DNA from: Breznakia sp. PF5-3
GTDB lineage: Bacteria > Bacillota_I > Bacilli_A > Erysipelotrichales > Erysipelotrichaceae
Direction of reading: 5' to 3'
DNA length: 32,000 bases
Assembly: GCF_029504745.1 (NCBI RefSeq)
Contig: NZ_JAQFIQ010000010.1
Coordinates: forward strand, 31,243 to 63,242
Position 1 is the stretch's first letter, and each line of letters opens with the position of its first letter. Of this stretch, positions 17,710 to 26,682 are shown in pieces. The notes under the pieces are model-generated. The model saw only the letters and a program-made list of their open reading frames with translations, was not told the origin of the DNA and did not search any database. A program made the translations under genes and the position numbers.

Positions 17710-19546
17710 TAAAAAAAGAGGTCGCACCTTCCTAAAAATATACTTAGCTTTCCTTACTAGCATAATTAGTTTTTTTACTATTTATGCTTTTCGCTTTGAT
17801 GTTTTACAATTGAGTGAAAGTGATGAGAATTCTTCAATAGTAGATGAAGTTAAAATAAAAAGACTTAATCAAAAGCTTTATGAGATTAATCTCAATGTAG
17901 ATAACAACGATAAAATACTCAGTATTTTACAAAGTGAATTAGAAAATTACAATTACCAAGTATTAATGAGAAGTGATAATGATGAAATAGCGATTCCAAT
18001 AACAAAATTTGAATCTATGATTTATAACAATAAATTATCTCAAGGACAATTTGAACTATTACATTTTAAAAATGGAGATGCTTATATTGAAATATATCCT
18101 ACTTTTAAATCTTATTTTTCAATTTATGTAATTGTTGATTTCATTATAAGCATTCTTATTTTTATCATATGCTATTTTTTATTTAACTACATTGATAAAA
18201 AACAACTCATCAACAAAGCAACCCAAAAATTACAAAATACAAGATTTGGAAAACGCTTATCAGTAGAACTTATTGGAGTGAATTTACTTGCCGTAGCAAT
18301 TGCCATTTCCGCATATTTATTTATGTATAACAATCGTTATGCTTACTTCTCTTTTATAAGAGATAATGTCGCTGAAAATACTAATATGAAGATTGCAGAT
18401 GAATTACAAGATATGTTTAAAGATGTTAATATCAACGAAAAAACTTACAATAAAATCAATAATTCTTTAAACAATAGTTTTGATTCACATACAACTGTAA
18501 CTCTTATGGATGAAAAAAAACCAGAAATGTACCTATCTACATTTTATTCATATGAATTATATTCAAGTAATAATTTATATGATGTATCAGCAATTTCTTC
18601 TGCTAACAGTTCCACTCACACCATAAAATTTAAAAACAAAAAGATCTTTGCCTTCATTTCAACCTCGCCTGTAGCACCTTATGCACCTTCTTATTTATAT
18701 ACAATTATTTTTATTGCTATCTCACTTTATGCAATAACCCTAATTTGGTTTATTCAAAACAAAGTGAAAATGATTTTAAAACTACAAGAGGATGTCGATA
18801 TTCTTGCTGCTGGAAATTTAACACATGAAATCAGCATTTTAGGTGGAGATGAAATTGGTGAATTAGGAAAAAATCTAAATGAAATGCGAATTTCATTCTA
18901 CGAAACAATGGAAAGCGAAAATCGAATGCAAGATGCAAATAAGAAGTTAATCACTTCCATGTCACACGATTTAAGAACACCCCTTACATCGCTTATGGGA
19001 TACTTAGACATTCTTCGCTTACAAAAAGGAGACCCTAAGCAAAGCCAAGTGTATTTAGATAAAGCTGCTGAAAAAGTAGAACAAATTCGTTCCCTATCGG
19101 ATCAAATGTTTGAATACTTCTTAGTATATGGACAAGACGAAAATGCTAATTTAACATTACAAAGCTGTGAAGAATGGATAAACTATATCGAAGAGAGTGT
19201 GAACCTATTAAAGTATCAAGACTATAAAATTAAAATGGAACTAGAAAGAAGTGGATTACTTCGCTTAAATATGACTTTGATGAAAAGAGCAATGGATAAT
19301 ATCTTCTCTAACTTACAAAAATATGCAGATATCACTTCTCCAATTACCATCATCAGTGAAATAAAAAAAGGCCATTACTGCCTTTTGGTCGAAAACTCTA
19401 AACGAAAAGATATCGATGATATCGAAAGCAACCACATTGGATTAAAAAGTGTTGATCGCATCATTAAACTGCATAATGGTACCATTAAAATAAAGAATAC
19501 GGAACAACACTTTCTAATTCTTATTGAATTACCAATGATCGTATAA
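17702..19546 (+). CDS. Sensor histidine kinase with two extracytoplasmic loops, HAMP, HisKA and HATPase domains
   Basis: H-box SHDLRTPLTSL, N-box-like DNIFSNLQKYA and G-box-like GLKSVDRIIKLHNG. There are about four TM segments. The TTG start overlaps the regulator stop by 8 nt and is preceded by GGGGAAAGGGG. Confidence 0.9.
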   Translation: MNNKKRGRTFLKIYLAFLTSIISFFTIYAFRFDVLQLSESDENSSIVDEVKIKRLNQKLYEINLNVDNNDKILSILQSELENYNYQVLMRSDNDEIAIPITKFESMIYNNKLSQGQFELLHFKNGDAYIEIYPTFKSYFSIYVIVDFIISILIFIICYFLFNYIDKKQLINKATQKLQNTRFGKRLSVELIGVNLLAVAIAISAYLFMYNNRYAYFSFIRDNVAENTNMKIADELQDMFKDVNINEKTYNKINNSLNNSFDSHTTVTLMDEKKPEMYLSTFYSYELYSSNNLYDVSAISSANSSTHTIKFKNKKIFAFISTSPVAPYAPSYLYTIIFIAISLYAITLIWFIQNKVKMILKLQEDVDILAAGNLTHEISILGGDEIGELGKNLNEMRISFYETMESENRMQDANKKLITSMSHDLRTPLTSLMGYLDILRLQKGDPKQSQVYLDKAAEKVEQIRSLSDQMFEYFLVYGQDENANLTLQSCEEWINYIEESVNLLKYQDYKIKMELERSGLLRLNMTLMKRAMDNIFSNLQKYADITSPITIISEIKKGHYCLLVENSKRKDIDDIESNHIGLKSVDRIIKLHNGTIKIKNTEQHFLILIELPMIV

Positions 19547-19574
19547 GAAACATCCTAAAGATGTTTCTTATTTT
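19547..19574. terminator. Bidirectional terminator between the kinase and the convergent lipoprotein gene
   Basis: GAAACATC-ctaaa-GATGTTTC followed by TTATTTT. It overlaps the minus-strand stop codon at 19568-19570. Confidence 0.7.
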
Positions 19575-19966
19575 GTATAGGTATTTATTATAGAATACAA
19601 CTCCTCACTACTTTGTAACTGATACCAGTATAATTGATCATCATCCTTTTTCTTCACCTTAATTTGATCTCCACTTTCCCATAAGATGACATGAATTTCT
19701 TCATTATTATATTCAATAAATAACTCATATACAGGTTCTAATGTAGTAGCACGATACCCTTTTGGATTTTTCTTTGGATGATGTTGATCTTCATCATAAG
19801 TAGCAGCATCAATAATTTGAAAAACCTTTTGTGCATCATCTTCCTTCAATGAAATGTTTTTTTGACTTTCATTTAATTTTAAAACAATTGATGCTTTTTC
19901 TCCTTGGGTAAAACTACATCCAGCAAATAAAAATAATAGCGATAATAACATATATTTTCTTTTCAT
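19568..19966 (-). CDS. Small lipoprotein of unknown function
   Basis: Signal peptide MKRKYMLLSLLFLFAGC with lipobox FAGC. AGGAGG lies upstream. I recognise no family. Confidence 0.7.
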   Translation of the reverse strand: MKRKYMLLSLLFLFAGCSFTQGEKASIVLKLNESQKNISLKEDDAQKVFQIIDAATYDEDQHHPKKNPKGYRATTLEPVYELFIEYNNEEIHVILWESGDQIKVKKKDDDQLYWYQLQSSEELYSIINTYTK

Positions 19967-20198
19967 AATATTTCCTCCTTTTATGTCCCCTCTATATATT
20001 ATGACGCACCCAACTTCGAAAAGGTTTTATAATTTATTAATATTATATAAATTAATTGTTGGCTCGTCACTACACTGATATATTTTTTATAATTATATCT
20101 GCATATAGAAATTTGCACACTATTCTTAAATTTTGTAAACTATACTTATATCTAATATAAATATATTAAAAAATAGGTTTATACAAAAAGGAGCGGAA

Positions 20199-20246
20199 AT
20201 GGATATTAACAAACATTATAAGACAGTAGAAAGGCTGGATCACTAA
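20199..20246 (+). CDS. 15-codon upstream ORF (MDINKHYKTVERLDH) translationally coupled to the permease
   Basis: A strong SD AAAGGAG lies 5 nt before the ATG at 20199. Its TAA stop (20244-20246) shares an A with the permease ATG (20246-20248). The permease itself has only a weak, distant AAAGG. Confidence 0.35.
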   Translation: MDINKHYKTVERLDH

Positions 20247-23200
20247 TGAGCAAAGCAGCTTTTCGTAAAAGTTCTTTACGAGTCGTTAAAACAACCTTTA
20301 CACGGTTTATTTCGATTGTTTTAATATCCTTTTTAGGTGCAGGAGTTTTTGCGGGTCTTAGTGCAACATCTCCAAATATGAAACTAACTGGTGACGCATA
20401 CTATGATAAATATAATGTAGCTGATGCTCAGATTCTATCTACATATGGATTTGATGACAGCGATATAAATGCTATTAAAGACATACATGGTATACGTGAA
20501 GTTTTGGCAACATATTCAATTGATTCCACAGGGAGTGTGGAAAGTAAAGACTATACATTTAAAATCAGTGGATTTCCTGATCGTAAAGATGCACAGATCA
20601 ATCAGGTTAAATTAATTGATGGGCAAATGCCAAAAGCCCAAAATGAAGCAATTATTATCCAACCTTCTATAGGATTAAAAAACATAAAAATAGGGAGTAA
20701 TATAACATTAGATAAATCTTCAAATACCGCTTTCTCATCAACCCTTGATAGAAATGATTTTGAAATTGTTGGAATTGCAGAGTCTCCCTACTATTTATCA
20801 TTCATGCAAGGAAGTACAACTGTTGGGAGTGGATCTATCGACTATGTCATTTATGTACCTAAAGATAATTTTATAATTGATAGTTACACTGAACTGTTGG
20901 TAACATTTGATAACACTAAGAACTTGAATACATTTGAAGATGAGTATTTTAAAGCCTGTGAAAAGCCATTGGATAAATTAAGTATAATGGCTAAAGAACG
21001 CCAGGATTTACGATATACAAAACTAAAAAAGGATTTAAAAGACGGTCATAAAGAATTATCAGTAGTGAGAAAAGATACAGAAAAGCAATTGGATGATGCT
21101 GAACTTCAACTTGAAGCAGCAAAAACTCAGATTGAAACTTCAAAAGTTTTGTATCAAAATGGTGTAAGTGAATATAATACAAAAAAAGGATTAGCTGAAA
21201 GTGAACTTACAATTGCTGAAAATAAATTATCTGCTGCAGAAAAGAACATTATGCAAGGAGAGCAAGAACTTTCTAAAAAGCAAAGTGAACTACAAAACAA
21301 TAAACTACTATTAGCGGAAGGTCGAAGAAAATTAGATACTGCATGGACTGACTACAATCAGCAATATGCAGCTTACTTAGCTATAAAGGATTTTTTATGG
21401 AGCACAAATCCCGAACAAGCTGCACTTCTTGAACAACAATTAAATGCTTATAGGGTACAACTTGATCAAGAAGAACAAGCTTATACTAATAATTCAGATA
21501 AGTTAAAAGCTGCACAAATACTTCTAAATCAAAAGCAAGGTGAAATAAACCAGGCAAAAATAGATTATCAAAATAGCATAATTACATATAATCAAAATAA
21601 AGAACTTGTAGATGCTGAATTGTACAATGCTGAGATTAGTTTAAAAACGGCTGAAAATCAAATCCAAACTGCTGAAAATGAACTGAAGATAAAGTGGGCA
21701 GAGTTTGATGAACAGAAAAAGGCTACAATAACAAAGCTAGAAGATAGTGAAGTATTACTAAATGAACAAGAAGATATCGTTTCAAAGATGGGAACTCCTA
21801 AATGGTTTGTTTTGGATCGCAACATGAATGAGTCTTTTATTAACTTTTATGATACAACCAAAAAAATGCGAGATCTTGCTACAATATTTCCTGTAATTTT
21901 CTTTCTTGTTGCAGCACTTGTGTGTCTTACAACAATGACACGAATGGTGGATGAAGACAGAATTTTAATTGGTACATTTAAAGCTTTGGGATATTCAAAA
22001 CGAACCATTGCAATGCGATATTTGCTCTATGCTATTATTGCCAGTTTCATTGGGAGTTTACTTGGTGTGCTTGTAGGATTCTGGTTACTACCACATATTA
22101 TTTGGAATGCTTATGCAATTATTTTTGCCTTTCCTACTCTACATACAAGATTTTTCTTAGATACTGCTACACTATCAGTATTAGCCATCGTAATAACAAT
22201 TGGCTTAACTACCGGTTTTTCAATCAAACGTTCCTTAGATGAAGTTCCATCAGAGTTAATGAGACCTAAAGCGCCAAAGAGTGGAAAGCGAGTTTTTATA
22301 GAAAACATTAAATTAATTTGGAATCGACTGAGCTTTACTAGAAAAGTAACGATTCGTAATTTAGGACTTAATAAAAAGCGATTAGTCATGGCTTTACTTG
22401 GAATCTTAGGATGTACTGCATTGGTAGTAACTGCTTTTGGAATTAAAAATTCTATCCAGTCAATATCCAGCAAACAATTTCAAACTATTTTAAAATATGA
22501 TATAAGTGTAGGATATAGTGATAAGCCATCAAATGAATTAGCGACATTCATGAGTAACGAATCATACTTTAATGAAGCTGTAGAAGCCTATCGTGGAGCA
22601 GCAATAGCTAGAGATAAAAAGAACTCAAATACTACTGAAAGTATTAGTGTTGTAGCACCCAAAGACAGCAAGGAATTTAATAATGTTGTTAAGTTCTACG
22701 ATCCTAGTAATCACAAAAGTATCCAATTTACTACCAATAGTGTTGTAATTACTGAGAAGTTAGCAATTAATTTGAATCTTGATATTGGTGATAAAATTGA
22801 AATAAAATACTTGAATGATGATACATATCATAGTCTGGAAATAACAGATATATCAGAAAACTATACATTTAATTACATATATATTGGAGATGATGTATAT
22901 ATGGATATCTTTAATGAGCCTGCTTCTTATAACTACTACTTCTCTATCCTAAATGACAATATAGATAAGCGCATTGTGGAAGCAAAACTACATGAAATCA
23001 ACGGAGTGAGTGTTATCTCATTTACAAAAGATTTGATGGGGAATATTGAAAAATCTATCAAAAGTATCGATACAATCATCTGGGTATTGATCATCGCTGC
23101 TGGTCTTTTGGCATTTGTAGTTATTTATAATCTGACAAACATTAACATTGGAGAGCGACAAAGAGAGTTAGCTACGCTAAAAGTATTAGGTTTCTATGAT

Positions 23201-23467
23201 AATGAAACATATAATTATATCTTCAGAGAAACAATTGCTATTTCAATAATTGCATGTATCCTTGGATTATTTGGAGGTTCTTTCTTGTATAAAGCAGTTG
23301 TTGTAACCGTAGAGCCTAGTAGCATTTTCTTAACCCGCTCTCTATCCTGGGAAAGCTATGCACTTGCAGTAATACTTACGATGTTTTTTACACTCATCGT
23401 AAATATGTTTTTAATACCAAAGATCAAACACATTGATATGTTAGAGTCTTTAAAATCTGTAGACTAA
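20246..23467 (+). CDS. Tandem FtsX/MacB-type ABC transporter permease with a long coiled-coil insertion in the first extracytoplasmic domain
   Basis: 1073 aa. An N-terminal TM is followed by an ECD of about 480 aa containing heptad-rich sequence (roughly residues 250-510), an FtsX-type 3-TM bundle, a second TM plus ECD, and a second FtsX bundle (ERQRELATLKVLGF motif). Confidence 0.88.
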   Translation: MSKAAFRKSSLRVVKTTFTRFISIVLISFLGAGVFAGLSATSPNMKLTGDAYYDKYNVADAQILSTYGFDDSDINAIKDIHGIREVLATYSIDSTGSVESKDYTFKISGFPDRKDAQINQVKLIDGQMPKAQNEAIIIQPSIGLKNIKIGSNITLDKSSNTAFSSTLDRNDFEIVGIAESPYYLSFMQGSTTVGSGSIDYVIYVPKDNFIIDSYTELLVTFDNTKNLNTFEDEYFKACEKPLDKLSIMAKERQDLRYTKLKKDLKDGHKELSVVRKDTEKQLDDAELQLEAAKTQIETSKVLYQNGVSEYNTKKGLAESELTIAENKLSAAEKNIMQGEQELSKKQSELQNNKLLLAEGRRKLDTAWTDYNQQYAAYLAIKDFLWSTNPEQAALLEQQLNAYRVQLDQEEQAYTNNSDKLKAAQILLNQKQGEINQAKIDYQNSIITYNQNKELVDAELYNAEISLKTAENQIQTAENELKIKWAEFDEQKKATITKLEDSEVLLNEQEDIVSKMGTPKWFVLDRNMNESFINFYDTTKKMRDLATIFPVIFFLVAALVCLTTMTRMVDEDRILIGTFKALGYSKRTIAMRYLLYAIIASFIGSLLGVLVGFWLLPHIIWNAYAIIFAFPTLHTRFFLDTATLSVLAIVITIGLTTGFSIKRSLDEVPSELMRPKAPKSGKRVFIENIKLIWNRLSFTRKVTIRNLGLNKKRLVMALLGILGCTALVVTAFGIKNSIQSISSKQFQTILKYDISVGYSDKPSNELATFMSNESYFNEAVEAYRGAAIARDKKNSNTTESISVVAPKDSKEFNNVVKFYDPSNHKSIQFTTNSVVITEKLAINLNLDIGDKIEIKYLNDDTYHSLEITDISENYTFNYIYIGDDVYMDIFNEPASYNYYFSILNDNIDKRIVEAKLHEINGVSVISFTKDLMGNIEKSIKSIDTIIWVLIIAAGLLAFVVIYNLTNINIGERQRELATLKVLGFYDNETYNYIFRETIAISIIACILGLFGGSFLYKAVVVTVEPSSIFLTRSLSWESYALAVILTMFFTLIVNMFLIPKIKHIDMLESLKSVD

Positions 23468-23507
23468 AAAAGCTTTGTATAATCGAAGAGATAACAAAGC
23501 TTTTTTA
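23466..23507 (+). terminator. Intrinsic terminator after the permease
   Basis: AGCTTTGT-15 nt loop-ACAAAGCT followed by TTTTTT. Confidence 0.7.
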
Positions 23508-23630
23508 TACATACCTTTTTAAAGAAATTAAGTAAGAAGGTTACTTTTATGAAATATGGTTTCGTGTTAAAATTCATATATAACTAGAATTAATGAAATC
23601 ACATATCATGTGATAAAGGAGTACTATAAT

Positions 23631-24830
23631 ATGCATGAAATCAAATGTCCACATTGTGGCAAAACATTTACTATCGATGAAGCTGGCTATGCTGATATTT
23701 TAAACCAGGTCCGCACAAAAGAATTCAATAGTGAAGTTCATGAAAAACTAGAACAAGCCAATGCACAATTTGCGAATGAATTGGCTTTAATGAAAGAAAA
23801 AACAAAGAATTCATTGGCAGAGGAACTTACCCAAAAGGATAAAGAGATCTCTGAATTACAATCTAAAATCAATGCAAGTAAACAAGAAAAAGAAATTGCT
23901 GTTATCAAAGCAGAGAACATTATGCGTGAAACGATTGCTGAACAAGAAAGAAAAATCACAGAATTATCTTCTAAGTTTGATCTTCAAGAGAAAGAAAAAG
24001 AACTGGAAAAAAATTCAATAAAAGAAAAATATGAAATTGAATTAAAACAAAAAGATGAAGCAATTGCTTTCTATAAAGACTTCAAAGCAAAGCAATCTAC
24101 AAAGATGGTTGGTGAAAGTTTAGAACAGCACTGTGAGATCGAATTCAATCGCTTGCGGATGACCGCATTTCCAAATGCTGAGTTTGGAAAGGATAATGAT
24201 ATAAAAACTGGAAGTAAAGGGGATTATATCTATCGTGAGAGCGATGAGCATGGAACCGAAATTATCTCCATCATGTTTGAAATGAAAAACGAAGGAGATG
24301 AAACAGCAACAAAGAAACGAAATGAACAATTCTTTAAAGAATTAGATAAAGATCGTCGCGAAAAGAAATGTGAATATGCAATCCTTGTATCAATGCTTGA
24401 AGCAGATAATGAGTTATATAACACTGGTATTGTTGATGTGTCTTATGAATATGAAAAAATGTATGTAATTAGACCTCAATTTTTTATCCCCATCATTACG
24501 CTATTACGCAATGCTGCTATGAATTCGTTGAAATTCAAACAAGAAGTTGCTTTGATGCGAGAACAAAATATTGATATTACAAATTTTGAAGAAGACCTTA
24601 ATACATTTAAAACATCTTTTGCAAAAAACTATAATCTTGCTAGTCGTAAATTCAATACTGCAATTGAAGAAATTGATAAAACTATCTTGCATTTACAAAA
24701 AACAAAAGATGCTTTATTATCTTCTGAAAATAATTTGCGAATTGCAAATAACAAAGCTGAAGATTTAACTGTTAAAAAACTTGTCCGTAAGAATCCTACT
24801 ATGAAAGAAAAGTTTGATTCTCTTAAATAA
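23631..24830 (+). CDS. DUF2130-like protein: N-terminal zinc ribbon, coiled coil and a C-terminal PD-(D/E)xK-like region
   Basis: MHEIKCPHCGKTFTIDEAGYADILNQVR is the characteristic N-terminus of the DUF2130 family as I remember it. The central segment is a long charged heptad region. GDYIY...FEMK resembles a D...ExK nuclease core. I moved the start to the ATG at 23631, which has AAAGGAG 9 nt upstream. Confidence 0.8.
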   Translation: MHEIKCPHCGKTFTIDEAGYADILNQVRTKEFNSEVHEKLEQANAQFANELALMKEKTKNSLAEELTQKDKEISELQSKINASKQEKEIAVIKAENIMRETIAEQERKITELSSKFDLQEKEKELEKNSIKEKYEIELKQKDEAIAFYKDFKAKQSTKMVGESLEQHCEIEFNRLRMTAFPNAEFGKDNDIKTGSKGDYIYRESDEHGTEIISIMFEMKNEGDETATKKRNEQFFKELDKDRREKKCEYAILVSMLEADNELYNTGIVDVSYEYEKMYVIRPQFFIPIITLLRNAAMNSLKFKQEVALMREQNIDITNFEEDLNTFKTSFAKNYNLASRKFNTAIEEIDKTILHLQKTKDALLSSENNLRIANNKAEDLTVKKLVRKNPTMKEKFDSLK

Positions 24831-24939
24831 CATTGAAAATCACTACTTTGCGTTTCGCTTATAATTCAATTTATTTTAATGCTATACTAAATTTAAGATA
24901 AATTACTGCTATAATGCAATGTAATATGAAGGGAGAAAT

Positions 24940-25647
24940 ATGAAATTATTACAATTACAAAACTATGATGAATTATCAAGAATTGGTGCTGAAATTATCA
25001 TTGATGAGATTAAGCATAATATGAATGCAAACATTTGCTTAGCCACTGGTGGCTCACCAAAAAAGCTATATGAACAAATGGTTCAACAAATTAATGAAGA
25101 ACGTATCGATATCTCAAATGTCACTTTTACAAAACTCGATGAATGGTATGATGTAGATCCAAAAGAATCATTTACTTGTGAAACTTTCATTCAAGAAAAT
25201 ATCTTAGATAAGTTATATATGCAACCAAAGCAATTCATTTCCTTTGTTTCAAATGCTTTGGATATCGATTTAGAAGTACAAAGAATACAAAAATTAATTG
25301 ATGAAAATCCTATTGATATCATGATTTTAGGTTTAGGAATGAATGGTCATCTAGGTTTAAATGAACCAAATGATGAACTAACGCTACCTTGCCATTATGC
25401 CGCACTTGATACAAAAACCAAAACGCATGATATGGCGGATGGAAGGAATCTTGAAGGTGGCTTAACCATTGGCATGAAAGGTATCTTTGATGCCAAGAAA
25501 ATCCTCTTTTTAGTATCTGGTGATAAAAAAGAAGATGCATATCATGGTTTTATGAAAAAAACAATATCAACAAACCTACCTGCAAGTTTTTTATGGTTAC
25601 ACAAAAATTGCATTACGCTTATTGATAAAGAACAGTTTACTAATTAA
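24940..25647 (+). CDS. Glucosamine-6-phosphate deaminase / isomerase family protein (NagB-like)
   Basis: CLATGGSPKKLY, KLDEW and LGLGMNGHLGLNEP are family motifs. The SD is GAAGGGAG, and an extended -10 TGcTATAAT lies upstream. Confidence 0.8.
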   Translation: MKLLQLQNYDELSRIGAEIIIDEIKHNMNANICLATGGSPKKLYEQMVQQINEERIDISNVTFTKLDEWYDVDPKESFTCETFIQENILDKLYMQPKQFISFVSNALDIDLEVQRIQKLIDENPIDIMILGLGMNGHLGLNEPNDELTLPCHYAALDTKTKTHDMADGRNLEGGLTIGMKGIFDAKKILFLVSGDKKEDAYHGFMKKTISTNLPASFLWLHKNCITLIDKEQFTN

Positions 25648-25674
25648 AAAAATATCACATTGTGATATTTTTAT
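25646..25674. terminator. Bidirectional terminator between nagB-like and the PHP gene
   Basis: AAATATC-acattgt-GATATTT flanked by an A-run and a T-run. It overlaps the PHP stop codon. Confidence 0.7.
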
Positions 25675-26555
25675 TTTAAGTATGCATTGAACGCCGCTAA
25701 GATTGCTTGTCCATTATTTTTTTTATATCCATATTCACCAAGCTGAATCTTAGGTTTGGTAGCTCCATGAAAATCCGAACCACAGGTCATAAGCAAATGA
25801 TGCTTATCACAATATGCTTCATAATATATATTTTGCTCATCATTATGATAATTACTATACGCTTCAATTCCATCAATTCCCTGGGAAATAGCTTTTTCCA
25901 ACAAATCTTCTCTTTGGTAAAATGTCTTCCATGGATGAGCCAATACAGCAATACCACCAGCTTTATGAATTTCCTTAACAGTATCTTCTAAAGAAGGAAA
26001 TGCTACATCTACATAACACGGTGCTCCCTTAAAACAATACTTCCAATAGAAATTTGCTGTAGGCGAATCACTTTGCTCACCTCCTGGTAAGAAAGGATGA
26101 AATGCTTCAACATCTTTATAACGTGGATCATTTAGAATATCAAGAATAGCATCAATCATCTTTCCTTTTTCTCCAACCATGTCCATAAGACGTTGTACAT
26201 CTAATTTTATATTAAAATATGTTTCAAATAATTCTAGACGTGTCTTTGTAGAATCATAAATCAAATCACTTATTTTTTTATTCAAAGATTTAAAATATTC
26301 TGTATTATAATCTAATCCATATGCTAATACATGAACTTCAAATCCTTCAAATTTTGTATCACATTCAATTGCAGGTATTACCTGCATCCCATATTTACTT
26401 CCTTCATTAATCATCTCATCAATCCCTAGCATCTGATTATGGTCGGCTAGTGCAACGGTCTTAATTCCTTTCGCATGTGCCATCTGAATTAATTGTGTAG
26501 GAGTATATTCTCCATCATTACTATAATTTGAATGCATATGTAAATCAAAGTCCAT
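25671..26555 (-). CDS. PHP domain phosphoesterase (TrpH/YciV-like)
   Basis: MDFDLHMHSNYSNDGE, VALADHN, HPW and GSDFHG are metal-binding motifs. I chose the start at 26555 because it has a GAGGT SD and an extended -10 (TGtTATAAT) just upstream. The track's 52-residue N-terminal extension runs through the promoter and the GC-rich element. Confidence 0.85.
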   Translation of the reverse strand: MDFDLHMHSNYSNDGEYTPTQLIQMAHAKGIKTVALADHNQMLGIDEMINEGSKYGMQVIPAIECDTKFEGFEVHVLAYGLDYNTEYFKSLNKKISDLIYDSTKTRLELFETYFNIKLDVQRLMDMVGEKGKMIDAILDILNDPRYKDVEAFHPFLPGGEQSDSPTANFYWKYCFKGAPCYVDVAFPSLEDTVKEIHKAGGIAVLAHPWKTFYQREDLLEKAISQGIDGIEAYSNYHNDEQNIYYEAYCDKHHLLMTCGSDFHGATKPKIQLGEYGYKKNNGQAILAAFNAYLK

Positions 26556-26682
26556 AATTACCTCATTTCTGCCTTTATTATAGCATAATATTATAACATT
26601 TCTAATTTCAACATATGAATAAATAAAATTTTTTAAATTTTTATGAACGAAATTGCTTTTAAAATGTACTAAATGATAGAAA

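Noticed and set aside
20123-20130. TTCTTAAA in the permease promoter spacer as a further response-regulator site
   Set aside because: This is a single copy of an AT-rich 7/8-mer, which is expected by chance many times in a window of this composition. Only the phased cluster at 16892-16945 is statistically notable.
17011-23467. BceRS/BceAB-type antimicrobial-peptide sensing and detoxification module
   Set aside because: Bce-type kinases are short intramembrane sensors with almost no extracellular loop, and BceB permeases are about 650-aa, 10-TM proteins paired with BceA. Here the kinase is 614 aa with two sizeable outside loops. The permease is a 1073-aa tandem FtsX protein, the ATPase is missing, and a convergent lipoprotein gene separates the units.
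23610-23630. GTG-initiated 7-residue extension of the DUF2130-like ORF
   Set aside because: The extension contains the SD (AAAGGAG) for the ATG at 23631. The family-typical N-terminus begins at MHEIKCPHCG.
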